Positions 27,352-36,527 of a stretch of DNA of 58,059 bases are shown one piece after another (the stretch's first letter is position 1; each line of letters opens with the position of its first letter). The stretch comes from Patescibacteria group bacterium (GTDB lineage Bacteria > Patescibacteriota > Patescibacteriia > UBA2591 > JAQWAS01): positions 3,439 through 61,497 of the forward strand of contig JAQWAS010000002.1 in assembly GCA_028707495.1 (NCBI GenBank), written 5' to 3'. A program made the translations under genes and the position numbers. Below the pieces are notes generated by a model, which was not told where the DNA came from, searched no databases, and saw only the letters and a list, made by a program, of their open reading frames with translations.

Positions 27352-28053
27352 CTATTCTTTAACGACTTGTTCTTTACGACCTTCTAAAACAGCATCCGCC
27401 ATTAAACCAATGATAGTTTCTAACGATTTTACAGCATCATCATTGGCTGGAATTGGGTAATCAATATCAGTCGGATTAACATTAGTGTCACAAATCGCAA
27501 CAATCGGAATATGTTTTTTGCGAGCTTCTTGGCAAGCATTTTTCTCTTTGGATAAATCAATAATAAAAATGGCTTGCGGTAATTTATTTAAATTACGTAA
27601 ACCGCCAATTTTTTTATTTAACTGTTGAATTTCTTTATCAAAATTTATTTGTTCTTTCTTGGAATATTTATCTAAGTCACCGCTACCTTTTTTAATCTCC
27701 AAATCTTTCATTTTTTTTATTAATTTTGAAATAACACTAAAATTAGTAAAAGTTCCACCAATCCATTTATCGGTAATATAAGGCATTTCCGCTCTTTCGG
27801 CTTGAGCTTTGATAATTGGCATGGCCTGTTTTTTTGTACCTAAAAATAAGATTTGTCCACCTTGACTAGAAATATTTTTAGTAAAATCCAAAGCGCGTTT
27901 TAAGGCTTCGACTGTTTTGTCTAAATCAAAAATATGAACCCCCTCACGTACAGTGTAAATATAAGGTTCCATTTTGGGATGCCATTTTGATTTACGATGA
28001 CCAAAATGCACTCCGGCTTTTAACAAATCAAGTAAACTTGGTATATGTGGCAT
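27352..28053 (-). CDS. rpsB: 30S ribosomal protein S2
   Basis: The LLKAGVHFGHRKSKWHPKM motif is present. Confidence 0.97.
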   Translation of the reverse strand: MPHIPSLLDLLKAGVHFGHRKSKWHPKMEPYIYTVREGVHIFDLDKTVEALKRALDFTKNISSQGGQILFLGTKKQAMPIIKAQAERAEMPYITDKWIGGTFTNFSVISKLIKKMKDLEIKKGSGDLDKYSKKEQINFDKEIQQLNKKIGGLRNLNKLPQAIFIIDLSKEKNACQEARKKHIPIVAICDTNVNPTDIDYPIPANDDAVKSLETIIGLMADAVLEGRKEQVVKE

Positions 28054-28140
28054 ATTTCTTATAAAACTTAAAAATTAAGGTTATTTTTTAATAATAAGTT
28101 ATCTTAGCAAAAAATTAAATTTAAAGCAAGGGTTAAAAAA

Positions 28141-28389
28141 TTATTTTGTCTGTTTTCTGGGTAAATAAATTTTAATTGAATCTAAAATTAAATTAAAAAG
28201 TTTATTATCTTTCAACGCTTCTGTGTAATTAAAACCTAATAATTTTAAACCTGGAAAGATCAAAATCACTCCGGGAATAACAGGTAAAATCAAACCCAAG
28301 ACCGCGACAACCAGCATTAAAACGCCTAAAATTTTCTTTATTATTTTTAACATTTTAAATAGCATAGCTGATTTGATAAAATTAGTCAA
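28141..28389 (-). CDS. hypothetical small membrane protein (82 aa)
   Basis: There are two hydrophobic helices with an LPVIPGVILIFPGLKLLG segment. This may be PGPGW-like, but the match is weak. Confidence 0.55.
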   Translation of the reverse strand: MTNFIKSAMLFKMLKIIKKILGVLMLVVAVLGLILPVIPGVILIFPGLKLLGFNYTEALKDNKLFNLILDSIKIYLPRKQTK

Positions 28390-28431
28390 TTTTAGACTTG
28401 AAATTTTTTTATTTTAATTTATAATAAATTT

Positions 28432-28851
28432 ATGTCCAAATTAAAACAAAACAATTTATCCCACGACAAAAGCCATTGGCGTTGGCTAGTCAACGTTTGG
28501 ACTGTTATAACTTTAAGTATTTTTATTTTAGATTTTATTTCTGGTGAAAGTCGGCTAATAGCTAGTCGTTGTACTTTGGGTATCATTTATATTGCTGTTT
28601 TAAGTATTTATGTTGGTACTAAAGAATTTGACCGCTGGATCACTCGTCAATATGCCTCGCGTTATGCTGGTGAAAGATTCGTTATTCTTTGGACAGCGCT
28701 TATTTTAATTATGGTGGTCTTGACAATTTTTAATCCAAGATATACAATACCTACAGATGTGAGTACGGTTTATATTACGGTTTTAAGTATTTTTGCTATC
28801 TCCCGTCGCTCGCGCTACCTTTATCAATCTAAGAATAAAAAAATAAATTGA
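28432..28851 (+). CDS. hypothetical membrane protein (139 aa)
   Basis: About four hydrophobic helices are present. The ORF ends in TGA. Confidence 0.6.
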   Translation: MSKLKQNNLSHDKSHWRWLVNVWTVITLSIFILDFISGESRLIASRCTLGIIYIAVLSIYVGTKEFDRWITRQYASRYAGERFVILWTALILIMVVLTIFNPRYTIPTDVSTVYITVLSIFAISRRSRYLYQSKNKKIN

Positions 28852-28856
28852 ATCTC

Positions 28857-29135
28857 ATGAAAAAAGATATTCATCCACAATACTACCCCCAAGCCCAATT
28901 TATTTGTGCTTGTGGTAACAATTGGCAAGCCGGTTCAACTCAAGAAAAGGTGGAAGTTGAAATTTGTTCTGCCTGCCACCCTTTTTATACCGGTCAGCAA
29001 AAATTAGTCGATACTCAAGGACGTGTCGATAAATTTAAACGTCGCTTAGAAAAACAAAGCCAAATGATCAAATCCAAAGCTCAAAAAATGGTTGAGAAAA
29101 AAGAAAAAAAAATAACTCCCAAAGACGACAATTAA
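28857..29135 (+). CDS. rpmE: 50S ribosomal protein L31
   Basis: The motif MKKDIHPQY...[13 protein letters not shown] is present. I prefer the ATG at 28857 to the TTG at 28848 used by the ORF track. Confidence 0.9.
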   Translation: MKKDIHPQYYPQAQFICACGNNWQAGSTQEKVEVEICSACHPFYTGQQKLVDTQGRVDKFKRRLEKQSQMIKSKAQKMVEKKEKKITPKDDN

Positions 29136-29206
29136 ATATTTTAAACTTAAAACAATAGATTCATTTCTGTTGTTTTTTGTTTAATAAAAATAAGTTATAA
29201 TAAAGT

Positions 29207-30268
29207 ATGCTAGAAAAATTAACCGACAATCAAATCCAATTTCAAAAACTGGAAAAACAGTTACAAGATCCAGCTATTTTTAATGATCAACAAAAATATA
29301 AGCAAACCAATCAAGAATATCTGCGTGTTAAAAATATTGTCGATAAATTAGAAAAAATTCAGCAAATTCAAAATCAAATTAAGGACAATCAACACATTAT
29401 TCAACAAAATCAAGATGCTGAATTAACCGAACTTGCTCAACAAGATTTAATTAAATTAAAAGAACAATTAATTTTAATAGAAAAAGAAGCTCAGCAAGCT
29501 CTGGTACCTCCTGATCCACTTAATGATAAAAGTATTATTATTGAAATTCGTGCTGGTGTGGGCGGTGACGAAGCCGAACTTTTTGCAGCTGACCTCTTTC
29601 GAATGTACTCGCGTTATGCCGAACGCTCTCACTGGCCAATTCATATTATTTCAAAAAATACTAGTGGTTTAGGTGGGCTTAAAGAAATAATTTTTGAAAT
29701 TGACGGTCAGGGCGCTTACGGTGGTTTAAAATTTGAAAGTGGAACTCATCGAGTTCAACGTATTCCTGAAACAGAAAAATCTGGTCGCATTCATACTTCC
29801 GCTGCCACCGTGGCTATTTTACCTAAAGCTGAAGAAATTGATGTTAAAATTAATTCTCAAGATTTAAAAATTGACACTTATTGTGCCGGTGGCCATGGCG
29901 GACAATCAGTTAATACCACTTATTCAGCCGTGCGTATTACTCATTTACCTACTGGTTTAGTAGTTACCTGCCAAGATGAACGCTCTCAACTTCAAAATAG
30001 ACTTAAAGCTATGGAGGTTTTACGTTCGCGTGTTTTAGCTTTTGAAGAAGAAAAGAGACAAAAAGAATTAACCCAAAATCGTAAACAACAAATCGGTTCC
30101 GGCGATCGATCAGAAAAAATTAGAACTTATAATTTTCCTCAAGACCGCGTGACTGATCATCGCATTAAACAATCATGGCACAATTTAAATGCTATTTTAG
30201 ATGGTCAAATTGACGAAATCGTTCAAGCGCTCAAACAAGCTGAAGCTGAAAAACTTTTAGCCGAATAA
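29207..30268 (+). CDS. prfA: peptide chain release factor 1
   Basis: The PET tripeptide-anticodon-like [10 protein letters not shown] segment and the GGQ motif ([10 protein letters not shown]) are present. Confidence 0.97.
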   Translation: MLEKLTDNQIQFQKLEKQLQDPAIFNDQQKYKQTNQEYLRVKNIVDKLEKIQQIQNQIKDNQHIIQQNQDAELTELAQQDLIKLKEQLILIEKEAQQALVPPDPLNDKSIIIEIRAGVGGDEAELFAADLFRMYSRYAERSHWPIHIISKNTSGLGGLKEIIFEIDGQGAYGGLKFESGTHRVQRIPETEKSGRIHTSAATVAILPKAEEIDVKINSQDLKIDTYCAGGHGGQSVNTTYSAVRITHLPTGLVVTCQDERSQLQNRLKAMEVLRSRVLAFEEEKRQKELTQNRKQQIGSGDRSEKIRTYNFPQDRVTDHRIKQSWHNLNAILDGQIDEIVQALKQAEAEKLLAE

Positions 30269-30269
30269 T

Positions 30270-31118
30270 ATGACTATTCAAAAAATATTCGACCAATCAA
30301 TTCAAAAATTAAAATCTCACCAGATCTCCTCAGTCCAACTTGATGCTGAGGTGCTTTTATCTTTTGCTATAAATAAATCCAAAGAACACCTCTATTCTCA
30401 TCCGGAAGAAAAAATTAATTTTAAACAATGGTTTAAATTTAAAAAATTAATTAATAAAAGAATAAAAAAATGGCCAGTCGCTTATTTAATTGGTTATAAA
30501 GAATTTTATAATTTAAAATTTAAAGTTGATCCTCATGTTTTAATTCCTCGCCCAGAGACTGAATTACTAGTTGACCAAGCTTTACAAATCTACAAGCAAT
30601 TAATAATAAGCAATCAGCAGTTAGCGATAAGCGACATCGGTACTGGTTCAGGTTGTATTATAATCTCTATTGCTAAAAACTTGTCTTCTAATTCAATATC
30701 TAAATTTTATGCCACGGATATTTCTAAGTCAGCTCTTAAAATAGCTAAACTTAATGCCCAACAACACCAAGTTTTAAATAAAATTAATTTCTATCAAGGC
30801 AATCTTTTGGAACCGCTTAAAAATAAAAAAATTGACTTATTAATCGCCAATTTGCCTTATTTAACTCAAGAAGAATTTAAAAACGTACCTCGCGAACCCC
30901 AATCAGCACTAATTTCCCAAAATCAAGGCTTGCAACACTATCAACAATTATTTTCACAGATCAAACAACTTAATTATCAACCACAATATATTTTAATTGA
31001 AATTGGTTTTAATCAAGCTGTAAATTTAAAAAATATTATACTTCACCACTTGCCTCAAGCTAAAATAAAAGTTTTTCAAGATTTAAGTGGCAAAAATAGA
31101 ATTTTACAAATAAGTTAA
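30270..31118 (+). CDS. prmC: release-factor glutamine methyltransferase PrmC/HemK
   Basis: The SAM motif DIGTGSGCI is present. The catalytic motif reads NLPY instead of NPPY. The gene is adjacent to prfA. Confidence 0.9.
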   Translation: MTIQKIFDQSIQKLKSHQISSVQLDAEVLLSFAINKSKEHLYSHPEEKINFKQWFKFKKLINKRIKKWPVAYLIGYKEFYNLKFKVDPHVLIPRPETELLVDQALQIYKQLIISNQQLAISDIGTGSGCIIISIAKNLSSNSISKFYATDISKSALKIAKLNAQQHQVLNKINFYQGNLLEPLKNKKIDLLIANLPYLTQEEFKNVPREPQSALISQNQGLQHYQQLFSQIKQLNYQPQYILIEIGFNQAVNLKNIILHHLPQAKIKVFQDLSGKNRILQIS

Positions 31119-31143
31119 ATTTTTAAAAAAATAATTTGATATT

Positions 31144-31180
31144 AAAAAAGCCGAGGTTAAAACCCGGCTTTGTGTTTTTT
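31144..31180. terminator. terminator hairpin shared by prmC and cassette 3
   Basis: AAAGCCGAGG-ttaaaa-CCCGGCTTT is followed by GTGTTTTTT on the plus strand. Confidence 0.6.
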
Positions 31181-31198
31181 GAAAGGATAATTGGACTC

Positions 31199-31888
31199 CT
31201 AGCGCACATCTTTGGCATATTCGAAAGGCTTTTTTTGTTTACATATCGGACATTCCGATTTGGGACAAGAATTCCATTCTTCTCCTTTAAAATTCAGAAT
31301 GACGTAGATAGGAACCTCGGAACCTGGAAGTTCTTTTTCAAGAAAATCCTTAATGTTTTGAATAGCCCTGTCGTTTCTGGTAGCAAAAATACAAATAGCC
31401 GATAAAAGTGCCTCGTGCTCCTTGACTATAGAGATGCATTGATTGATGCTTCCACCTGTAGTTGTTACGCTCGCGACTATTACCACTCTCTCACTTGGTA
31501 ATAGGTTTTGACCAGCTCTTAATTTTTTTGTAGTCTCTCCCTTTTTATCTGTTAGAGCCTCAACAATTCTCGTGTTCATTTTTTCATTTAGTGTGCGAGC
31601 TACATCAAAGCCTAAAACTAACGAACGATTAGATATAGTAAGGATAGCGCCTATTTTTTTTAGTCGCCCCTTCTTTATCCACCGAACTATGTCATCGCTT
31701 ATTGTAGTTATAACAAACGGCCATTGAGCAATTCTGTAAAAGCAGAAAAAGCCTGAGGTATGTTCGCCACATATTAGTTCATAATGGCCATCAATCATTA
31801 TTGCTCCTGTTTTCTCCAACATCTCCATAACTTCATCTGGTGTAAGGTCTGATTTCGGATTTAATTCAAAGTTAACTTGTTCTTTCAT
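31199..31888 (-). CDS. type I phosphoribosyltransferase-like protein with a C-terminal CxxC pair (cassette 3)
   Basis: The OPRT-like N-terminus reads LEKTGAIMIDGHYELICGEHTSGFF. The PRPP-loop-like segment VVIVASVTTTGGS has A-S where the acidic pair would be. The C-terminus reads CPKSECPICK. GAGAGGA precedes the ATG. An in-frame ATT at 31933 lies 3 nt after an AGGAGG. Confidence 0.75.
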   Translation of the reverse strand: MKEQVNFELNPKSDLTPDEVMEMLEKTGAIMIDGHYELICGEHTSGFFCFYRIAQWPFVITTISDDIVRWIKKGRLKKIGAILTISNRSLVLGFDVARTLNEKMNTRIVEALTDKKGETTKKLRAGQNLLPSERVVIVASVTTTGGSINQCISIVKEHEALLSAICIFATRNDRAIQNIKDFLEKELPGSEVPIYVILNFKGEEWNSCPKSECPICKQKKPFEYAKDVR

Positions 31889-31949
31889 TTTATCCTCTCT
31901 TATTTTAATTGTTTTCTTGTTAAAGAACGTAATTGTCCTCCTAAAATTA

Positions 31950-31958
31950 ATTATAGCA
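31950..31958 (-). promoter_or_regulatory. extended -10 element of cassette 3
   Basis: TGcTATAAT is present on the minus strand. I see no clear -35 element. Confidence 0.35.
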
Positions 31959-31967
31959 TATTAATCT

Positions 31968-33020
31968 TTAATACTCCACTCTATATCCTTCGGGCACAAC
32001 TTCAATCCAGGTTATACCGCGGTTAAATTGAATTTCCTCATCGTTTTGATTATAAAATAAAGTCCGCTCGTCGGAATTATTTTTTAGCCATTGACCTTCT
32101 ATCTTTTGCCCATCTTGAAAAATAACCGCTTGACCCTGTCCAGCTGTTGGAATTTTTTTGCGACCAAGATAATCAATAATTTCCATCTCAACATATTGAA
32201 TAATTACGTTTTTAGCTCGTAATTCTTGCTCGTCGGCAGTTAAATGAGGTTGACCGGCTTGATATCTTAAATAATCATTTTGATCTAAATCATATTGCCA
32301 CTCAACCATATAGCTGGGCTCTTTGTAAATTATTTTAATTTTTTGTTCATCAATTGGTCGTTGTTTTTTAATTAAATCTCTTTTATACAACCACGATCTA
32401 TAATTTGGTACTTGATCGTTTAAGTTTTGATCGTCTAAAAATTGATTTAACTTTTCGCTTGAAGTAAATAAATTATGGGGCGCATATCTTTTCCAATCAC
32501 GCCAAAAATAAGGCCCCCAACTGAATTCGTTTAAATCTGTGACATTATAAATATTATTTTTTAAATTTTTTAGTGCTTCCGGACTGCCACCAGAATGAAT
32601 ATATAAACTTTGTAATTCCCCTGCCCATTCGGCAAAATACGGCCTGGCTGATCGAATTGGGCCCAATTGGTCTATAAGTGTGTCTAGAGTAAAAAACGCC
32701 AAAAAACGGCTAATATTAGCTTCTGCAAGGCATTCTATCACTAGTCCTGCTTTATCTAATCCAGCTGGCGGACGAGCATCAACCATATTATCAATCATAA
32801 CCGCACCTACCCATGGATTAATTTGTTCTTCATTCTCAATCAAAACCCCGTCTAAACGACGGGGAAATTGATTTATAGATGAATCTAAATTTAAATTAAC
32901 ATTAAAATTATCTAAAACTAAATCAGTTTGACTATCTTGGTAAAGAAAAGCACCAAAACCAATCAAGATTAAAAATAAAATGATAATTAAAATAATTTTA
33001 ATAATTTTGTTTTTGGACAT
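31968..33020 (-). CDS. DUF3048-family secreted or anchored protein (YerB-like)
   Basis: An N-terminal TM/signal segment is followed by MIDNMVDARPPAGLDKAGLVIECLAEANISRFLAFF...GPIRSARPYF. Confidence 0.8.
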   Translation of the reverse strand: MSKNKIIKIILIIILFLILIGFGAFLYQDSQTDLVLDNFNVNLNLDSSINQFPRRLDGVLIENEEQINPWVGAVMIDNMVDARPPAGLDKAGLVIECLAEANISRFLAFFTLDTLIDQLGPIRSARPYFAEWAGELQSLYIHSGGSPEALKNLKNNIYNVTDLNEFSWGPYFWRDWKRYAPHNLFTSSEKLNQFLDDQNLNDQVPNYRSWLYKRDLIKKQRPIDEQKIKIIYKEPSYMVEWQYDLDQNDYLRYQAGQPHLTADEQELRAKNVIIQYVEMEIIDYLGRKKIPTAGQGQAVIFQDGQKIEGQWLKNNSDERTLFYNQNDEEIQFNRGITWIEVVPEGYRVEY

Positions 33021-33047
33021 GAATCCGTCTGATTTAAAAAATTAATT

Positions 33048-33695
33048 TTATTCTGAATCAGCAGTTTTTTCCTCTTTACCCGCCAATGGTTTTTCTGTAA
33101 TGGCAGATTCTTCGATTTCGGTCTCTGCTTTTTCTTCGGCTCGTGGCGGAGTAACCGTGGCCACAACTTCATCTTCCTTGTCTAAAATTTTAATTTCAGC
33201 TGGCACATTTAAATCTTTTACGTGTATAGCTTTTTCAAAATCATCTAAAACTGATATATCTACTTCAATCTGGTGAATTAAATTACGTGGCAAACATTCA
33301 ATTTTAACCTGATCCATACTTTTAAGTAAAGTTCCACCACTTTCTTTAATTACCTTAGATTCGCCAATAAAAATCAATTCCACTTCAGTTGTAATTTTTT
33401 CACCGGCTTTAATTTTATAAAAATCAACATGCAAAATTTGACCAGTAACTGAATCATATTGAATTGCATTAATTAAAACTGGCACAGACTCGGCCTGATC
33501 AATAACTAGATCAACCAAGGTATTTTCACCGGCTTGTTCATACATTTTGGTCAATTTTTTGCCATCAACACTTAAATTAATATTTTCTACACCATGACCA
33601 TATAAAACCGCCGGCACCAATCCCGCTTGTCTAATTTGTTGCACAGCCTTGCCAACAGCTTCTCTTTTTTGAGTTTCTAAAATTAATTTTTCCAT
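33048..33695 (-). CDS. rplY: 50S ribosomal protein L25 / general stress protein Ctc
   Basis: The motif REAVGKAVQQIRQAGLVPAVLYGHG is followed by a long acidic C-terminal domain. Confidence 0.9.
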   Translation of the reverse strand: MEKLILETQKREAVGKAVQQIRQAGLVPAVLYGHGVENINLSVDGKKLTKMYEQAGENTLVDLVIDQAESVPVLINAIQYDSVTGQILHVDFYKIKAGEKITTEVELIFIGESKVIKESGGTLLKSMDQVKIECLPRNLIHQIEVDISVLDDFEKAIHVKDLNVPAEIKILDKEDEVVATVTPPRAEEKAETEIEESAITEKPLAGKEEKTADSE

Positions 33696-33794
33696 AAAAT
33701 TTATTTTAAATTTATAATGGTTTTATTTTAGCAATTCTGAGTTAAAAAGTCAAGGCTAATAAGTTTTATGACACAAAATTTGCAGATATAATCC

Positions 33795-33822
33795 TTGACA
33801 AAGATAAAATACCTGCTAAAAT
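33795..33822 (+). promoter_or_regulatory. sigma70-like promoter of cassette 4
   Basis: TTGACA (33795-33800), a 16-nt spacer, then TAAAAT (33817-33822). Confidence 0.55.
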
Positions 33823-33870
33823 GTTAATAACTATATTTCTTTTTAAAATCAACAAAACAAGGAGGAACAA

Positions 33871-34356
33871 ATGACTGAGGGCTATTTATTATTGGCGCAA
33901 ATCATCAAAACAGGCAAATTGTCGCCAGATAAAATTTTTGGATTTTGGGAGAGAACCCATGATCCAACAATCGGCGCGGCCGCCATTTTATCCGGCGTAT
34001 TATCGCTAGACAAAATGCTCCAACTCCGTGAAGAAGCTAATTGCCATGAAGTTGATTTGGCAATCGTTCGGTCGGGCAAACTTATGCCAGACGAAATGAT
34101 TAAAATCGCGGAAAACCGTAACCATTGGGAAATTTGGGGAATGGTTGCTGATCAGTTTGTGTCGCAAGGGTTCTCTAGTGATGAAATGTTCAATTTTTGG
34201 CTAAAAAATCCAAATATAATATTTGGATGGATGCTTATTGAGAAGAACTTGCTATCACCTGACCAGATGGCCGAGATCTTCTTTATAACAGACGATGAAA
34301 AGGCCTATAGACTCATTATGAACTTATTGAGTGACAATAAAAACAAAACCGAGTAA
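33871..34356 (+). CDS. hypothetical helical-repeat protein (cassette 4, 161 aa)
   Basis: AAGGAGG lies 5 nt upstream of the ATG. There are four repeats of about 35 aa that begin (S/M)(P/S)D(K/E/Q)(I/M). The region is GC-richer than its neighbours. Confidence 0.7.
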   Translation: MTEGYLLLAQIIKTGKLSPDKIFGFWERTHDPTIGAAAILSGVLSLDKMLQLREEANCHEVDLAIVRSGKLMPDEMIKIAENRNHWEIWGMVADQFVSQGFSSDEMFNFWLKNPNIIFGWMLIEKNLLSPDQMAEIFFITDDEKAYRLIMNLLSDNKNKTE

Positions 34357-34375
34357 AATATTACTCATAACTCTA

Positions 34376-34402
34376 GGCGATACAACAATGTGTCGCCTTT
34401 TT
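34376..34402 (+). terminator. intrinsic terminator of cassette 4
   Basis: GGCGA-tacaacaatgtg-TCGCC is followed by TTTTT. Confidence 0.65.
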
Positions 34403-34532
34403 AATAAAATCTTTCTACCCTGCCCATAGCAGGGATTATTTATCACAAAACAAAACCGTCGCCATAAACGACGTAGAAATTTGTTAAATTGTTAAATTGT
34501 TTAAACGTTCGTCTCTTTTAAAATCTTTTATT

Positions 34533-35627
34533 TTAAGTTTTAATACGATAAATAATCAAACTTTCAATCAAACCAAAAATTATAAAAGTTGACAACAATG
34601 AACTCCCGCCATAACTTAAAAAAATCAATGGCACACCCGTAATCGGCATTAAACCTATATTCATGCCAATATTAATAAAAATCTGTACAAAAAAGACTAA
34701 ACTGATTGCCACCAACATCAATAAACTAAAATCGTCATAACTCGACCGAGCCAAATTAAAAAGTTTATAAAATAAAATAAAATAGATAATTAAAACCAGA
34801 CCGGCACCAACCAAACCTAAGTCTTCCGCGATAACACTAAAAACAAAATCAGTGTGACTAGCTGGTAAAAACTTCAGTTGACTTTGAGTGCCTAGACCCA
34901 GCCCTCGTCCACTTAAACCACCAGCGCCCACTGCAATCATTGATTGAGTTAATTGATAACCTCGCCCCAATGGATCACTTTGTGGATTAACAAAAGAGAT
35001 TAAACGATCCTTCTGATAATCTTTTAAAACCCCACACCAAGCAACTAAAATTAAAATTGCAATTAAAACAATAACCAATAACCAATGGCTAATTTTATAG
35101 TCACAAAAAAACAACATGCCTAGCCACAAGCCAAATAAAATTAAACCTGAACCTAAGTCTGGTTGTAACATTACCAAAGCAAAAGGTAAACCGGCAATTA
35201 ACCCACTTTCAATAACATGTCTAAAGGTCACTTGATAACGATTTTTAGCTGACCAATAATTAGCCAAAACAATAATTAAAATTACTTTAGCGATTTCAAC
35301 TACTTGTAAATTAAAAAATCCAAAGGATAGCCAACCTCGCGTATTATTTTGAACCTTACCAAAAAATAGAGTCAAAACCAGCAGGCCAATCATAATTAGA
35401 TATAAAATTTTACTATAATTTTTAAGATGACGATAATCAATATTTAAAACTAAAAAAAATAACGCCAAACTAATAATTAAATAAATTGCTTGACGATAAA
35501 AAATATTTTGCGACTGTTGACTCAAACCCAAACTGTATTGAATGGCCAGACCTAAACAACCTAAAATTAAGATGATAATTAAAACTGTCCAATCAATTTT
35601 TTTAAAGATGGTTCTTAAATGTACCAT
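34533..35627 (-). CDS. SEDS-family peptidoglycan polymerase (FtsW/RodA)
   Basis: The protein is polytopic and carries QPDLGS, the loop GxGxGLGxQSQLKFLPASHTDFVFSVIAE and a C-terminal SYGGSS motif. Confidence 0.9.
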   Translation of the reverse strand: MVHLRTIFKKIDWTVLIIILILGCLGLAIQYSLGLSQQSQNIFYRQAIYLIISLALFFLVLNIDYRHLKNYSKILYLIMIGLLVLTLFFGKVQNNTRGWLSFGFFNLQVVEIAKVILIIVLANYWSAKNRYQVTFRHVIESGLIAGLPFALVMLQPDLGSGLILFGLWLGMLFFCDYKISHWLLVIVLIAILILVAWCGVLKDYQKDRLISFVNPQSDPLGRGYQLTQSMIAVGAGGLSGRGLGLGTQSQLKFLPASHTDFVFSVIAEDLGLVGAGLVLIIYFILFYKLFNLARSSYDDFSLLMLVAISLVFFVQIFINIGMNIGLMPITGVPLIFLSYGGSSLLSTFIIFGLIESLIIYRIKT

Positions 35628-35654
35628 GATTTTAAAATTTAAATTTAAATTTGC

Positions 35655-36497
35655 CTAAAAAGAAACTACATTATGACTGTCTAAAATGTTAACTTCCGGT
35701 TGCACCACTACCTGTACCACCAACGGCAAATTTTCATTAAATGCCATTTCTAAATTTTTCTTTTCACCGCTCATTAATTGACTTACGGTTAAACTATTAA
35801 TCCCAACCACTCGGCCAGATTGATATAAAATAACTTTAATTTCCAAATCATAAAATCCGTACAAAGTATTATTTCTTAAACTAAACTTAACTCGAGAAAT
35901 ATCTAAATTTTCAACACTCTTATTGTTTAAATATTCTATATCATCAATAATAAAATCACTTGATTTGATTTGCCACAATGATTTTTGATTATCAATCCTC
36001 TGCCAAATAATATTGGTAATTTCGAGCTGTGGATTAATAATTTTAGCTTGGAAACGATGATTAAAAATAGCGACTATTTTTTTCTCTTGAGGTAAAATAA
36101 AACCTTGTTGATATTGAGTCACGCCCCCTTGATAAATAAATCGATAATCAAAACTTTTGACTGCCCATTTTGAATTTAAATTTTCAACCTGGGCAATTAA
36201 ATCGCATTCACCCTGGCCAGCGTATTCTACTACCTGAAAGCCTGTTGTTTTTAAATCTTGTGGATGATTACGCTGTTTCCAGAGTTCAAAATTAATATAA
36301 TTTTGCGATAAATTAACTAAAGTATCTTTATAATTAGGTATACTAACTAATAAAATAATTATGGTGATTAATAAATATAAAATCAAAACTCCATCTAAAA
36401 AAATAAAAATAGCTTTAGCTATCTTCTTAATTTTTTCAGCATTGGTTGATAACCAATAAGCTATAGATAATTTTTTATCCTGGTCATAAAAAGACAT
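35655..36497 (-). CDS. hypothetical membrane-anchored protein (280 aa)
   Basis: One TM helix is followed by a beta-rich domain. The gene sits immediately downstream of secY, where adk and map usually lie. Confidence 0.65.
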   Translation of the reverse strand: MSFYDQDKKLSIAYWLSTNAEKIKKIAKAIFIFLDGVLILYLLITIIILLVSIPNYKDTLVNLSQNYINFELWKQRNHPQDLKTTGFQVVEYAGQGECDLIAQVENLNSKWAVKSFDYRFIYQGGVTQYQQGFILPQEKKIVAIFNHRFQAKIINPQLEITNIIWQRIDNQKSLWQIKSSDFIIDDIEYLNNKSVENLDISRVKFSLRNNTLYGFYDLEIKVILYQSGRVVGINSLTVSQLMSGEKKNLEMAFNENLPLVVQVVVQPEVNILDSHNVVSF

Positions 36498-36527
36498 ATT
36501 TTTATTTTTATTTTTAAAAATTAAATT

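Noticed and set aside
34403-34532. Extra hairpins (ccctgc..gcaggg and cgtcg..cgacg) and a 3x ATTGTTAA micro-repeat lie downstream of cassette 4.
   Set aside because: They are real in the sequence, but they are short and not clearly members of the GTCAT/GGATCC family. I regard them as probable terminator debris between convergent genes and note them only.
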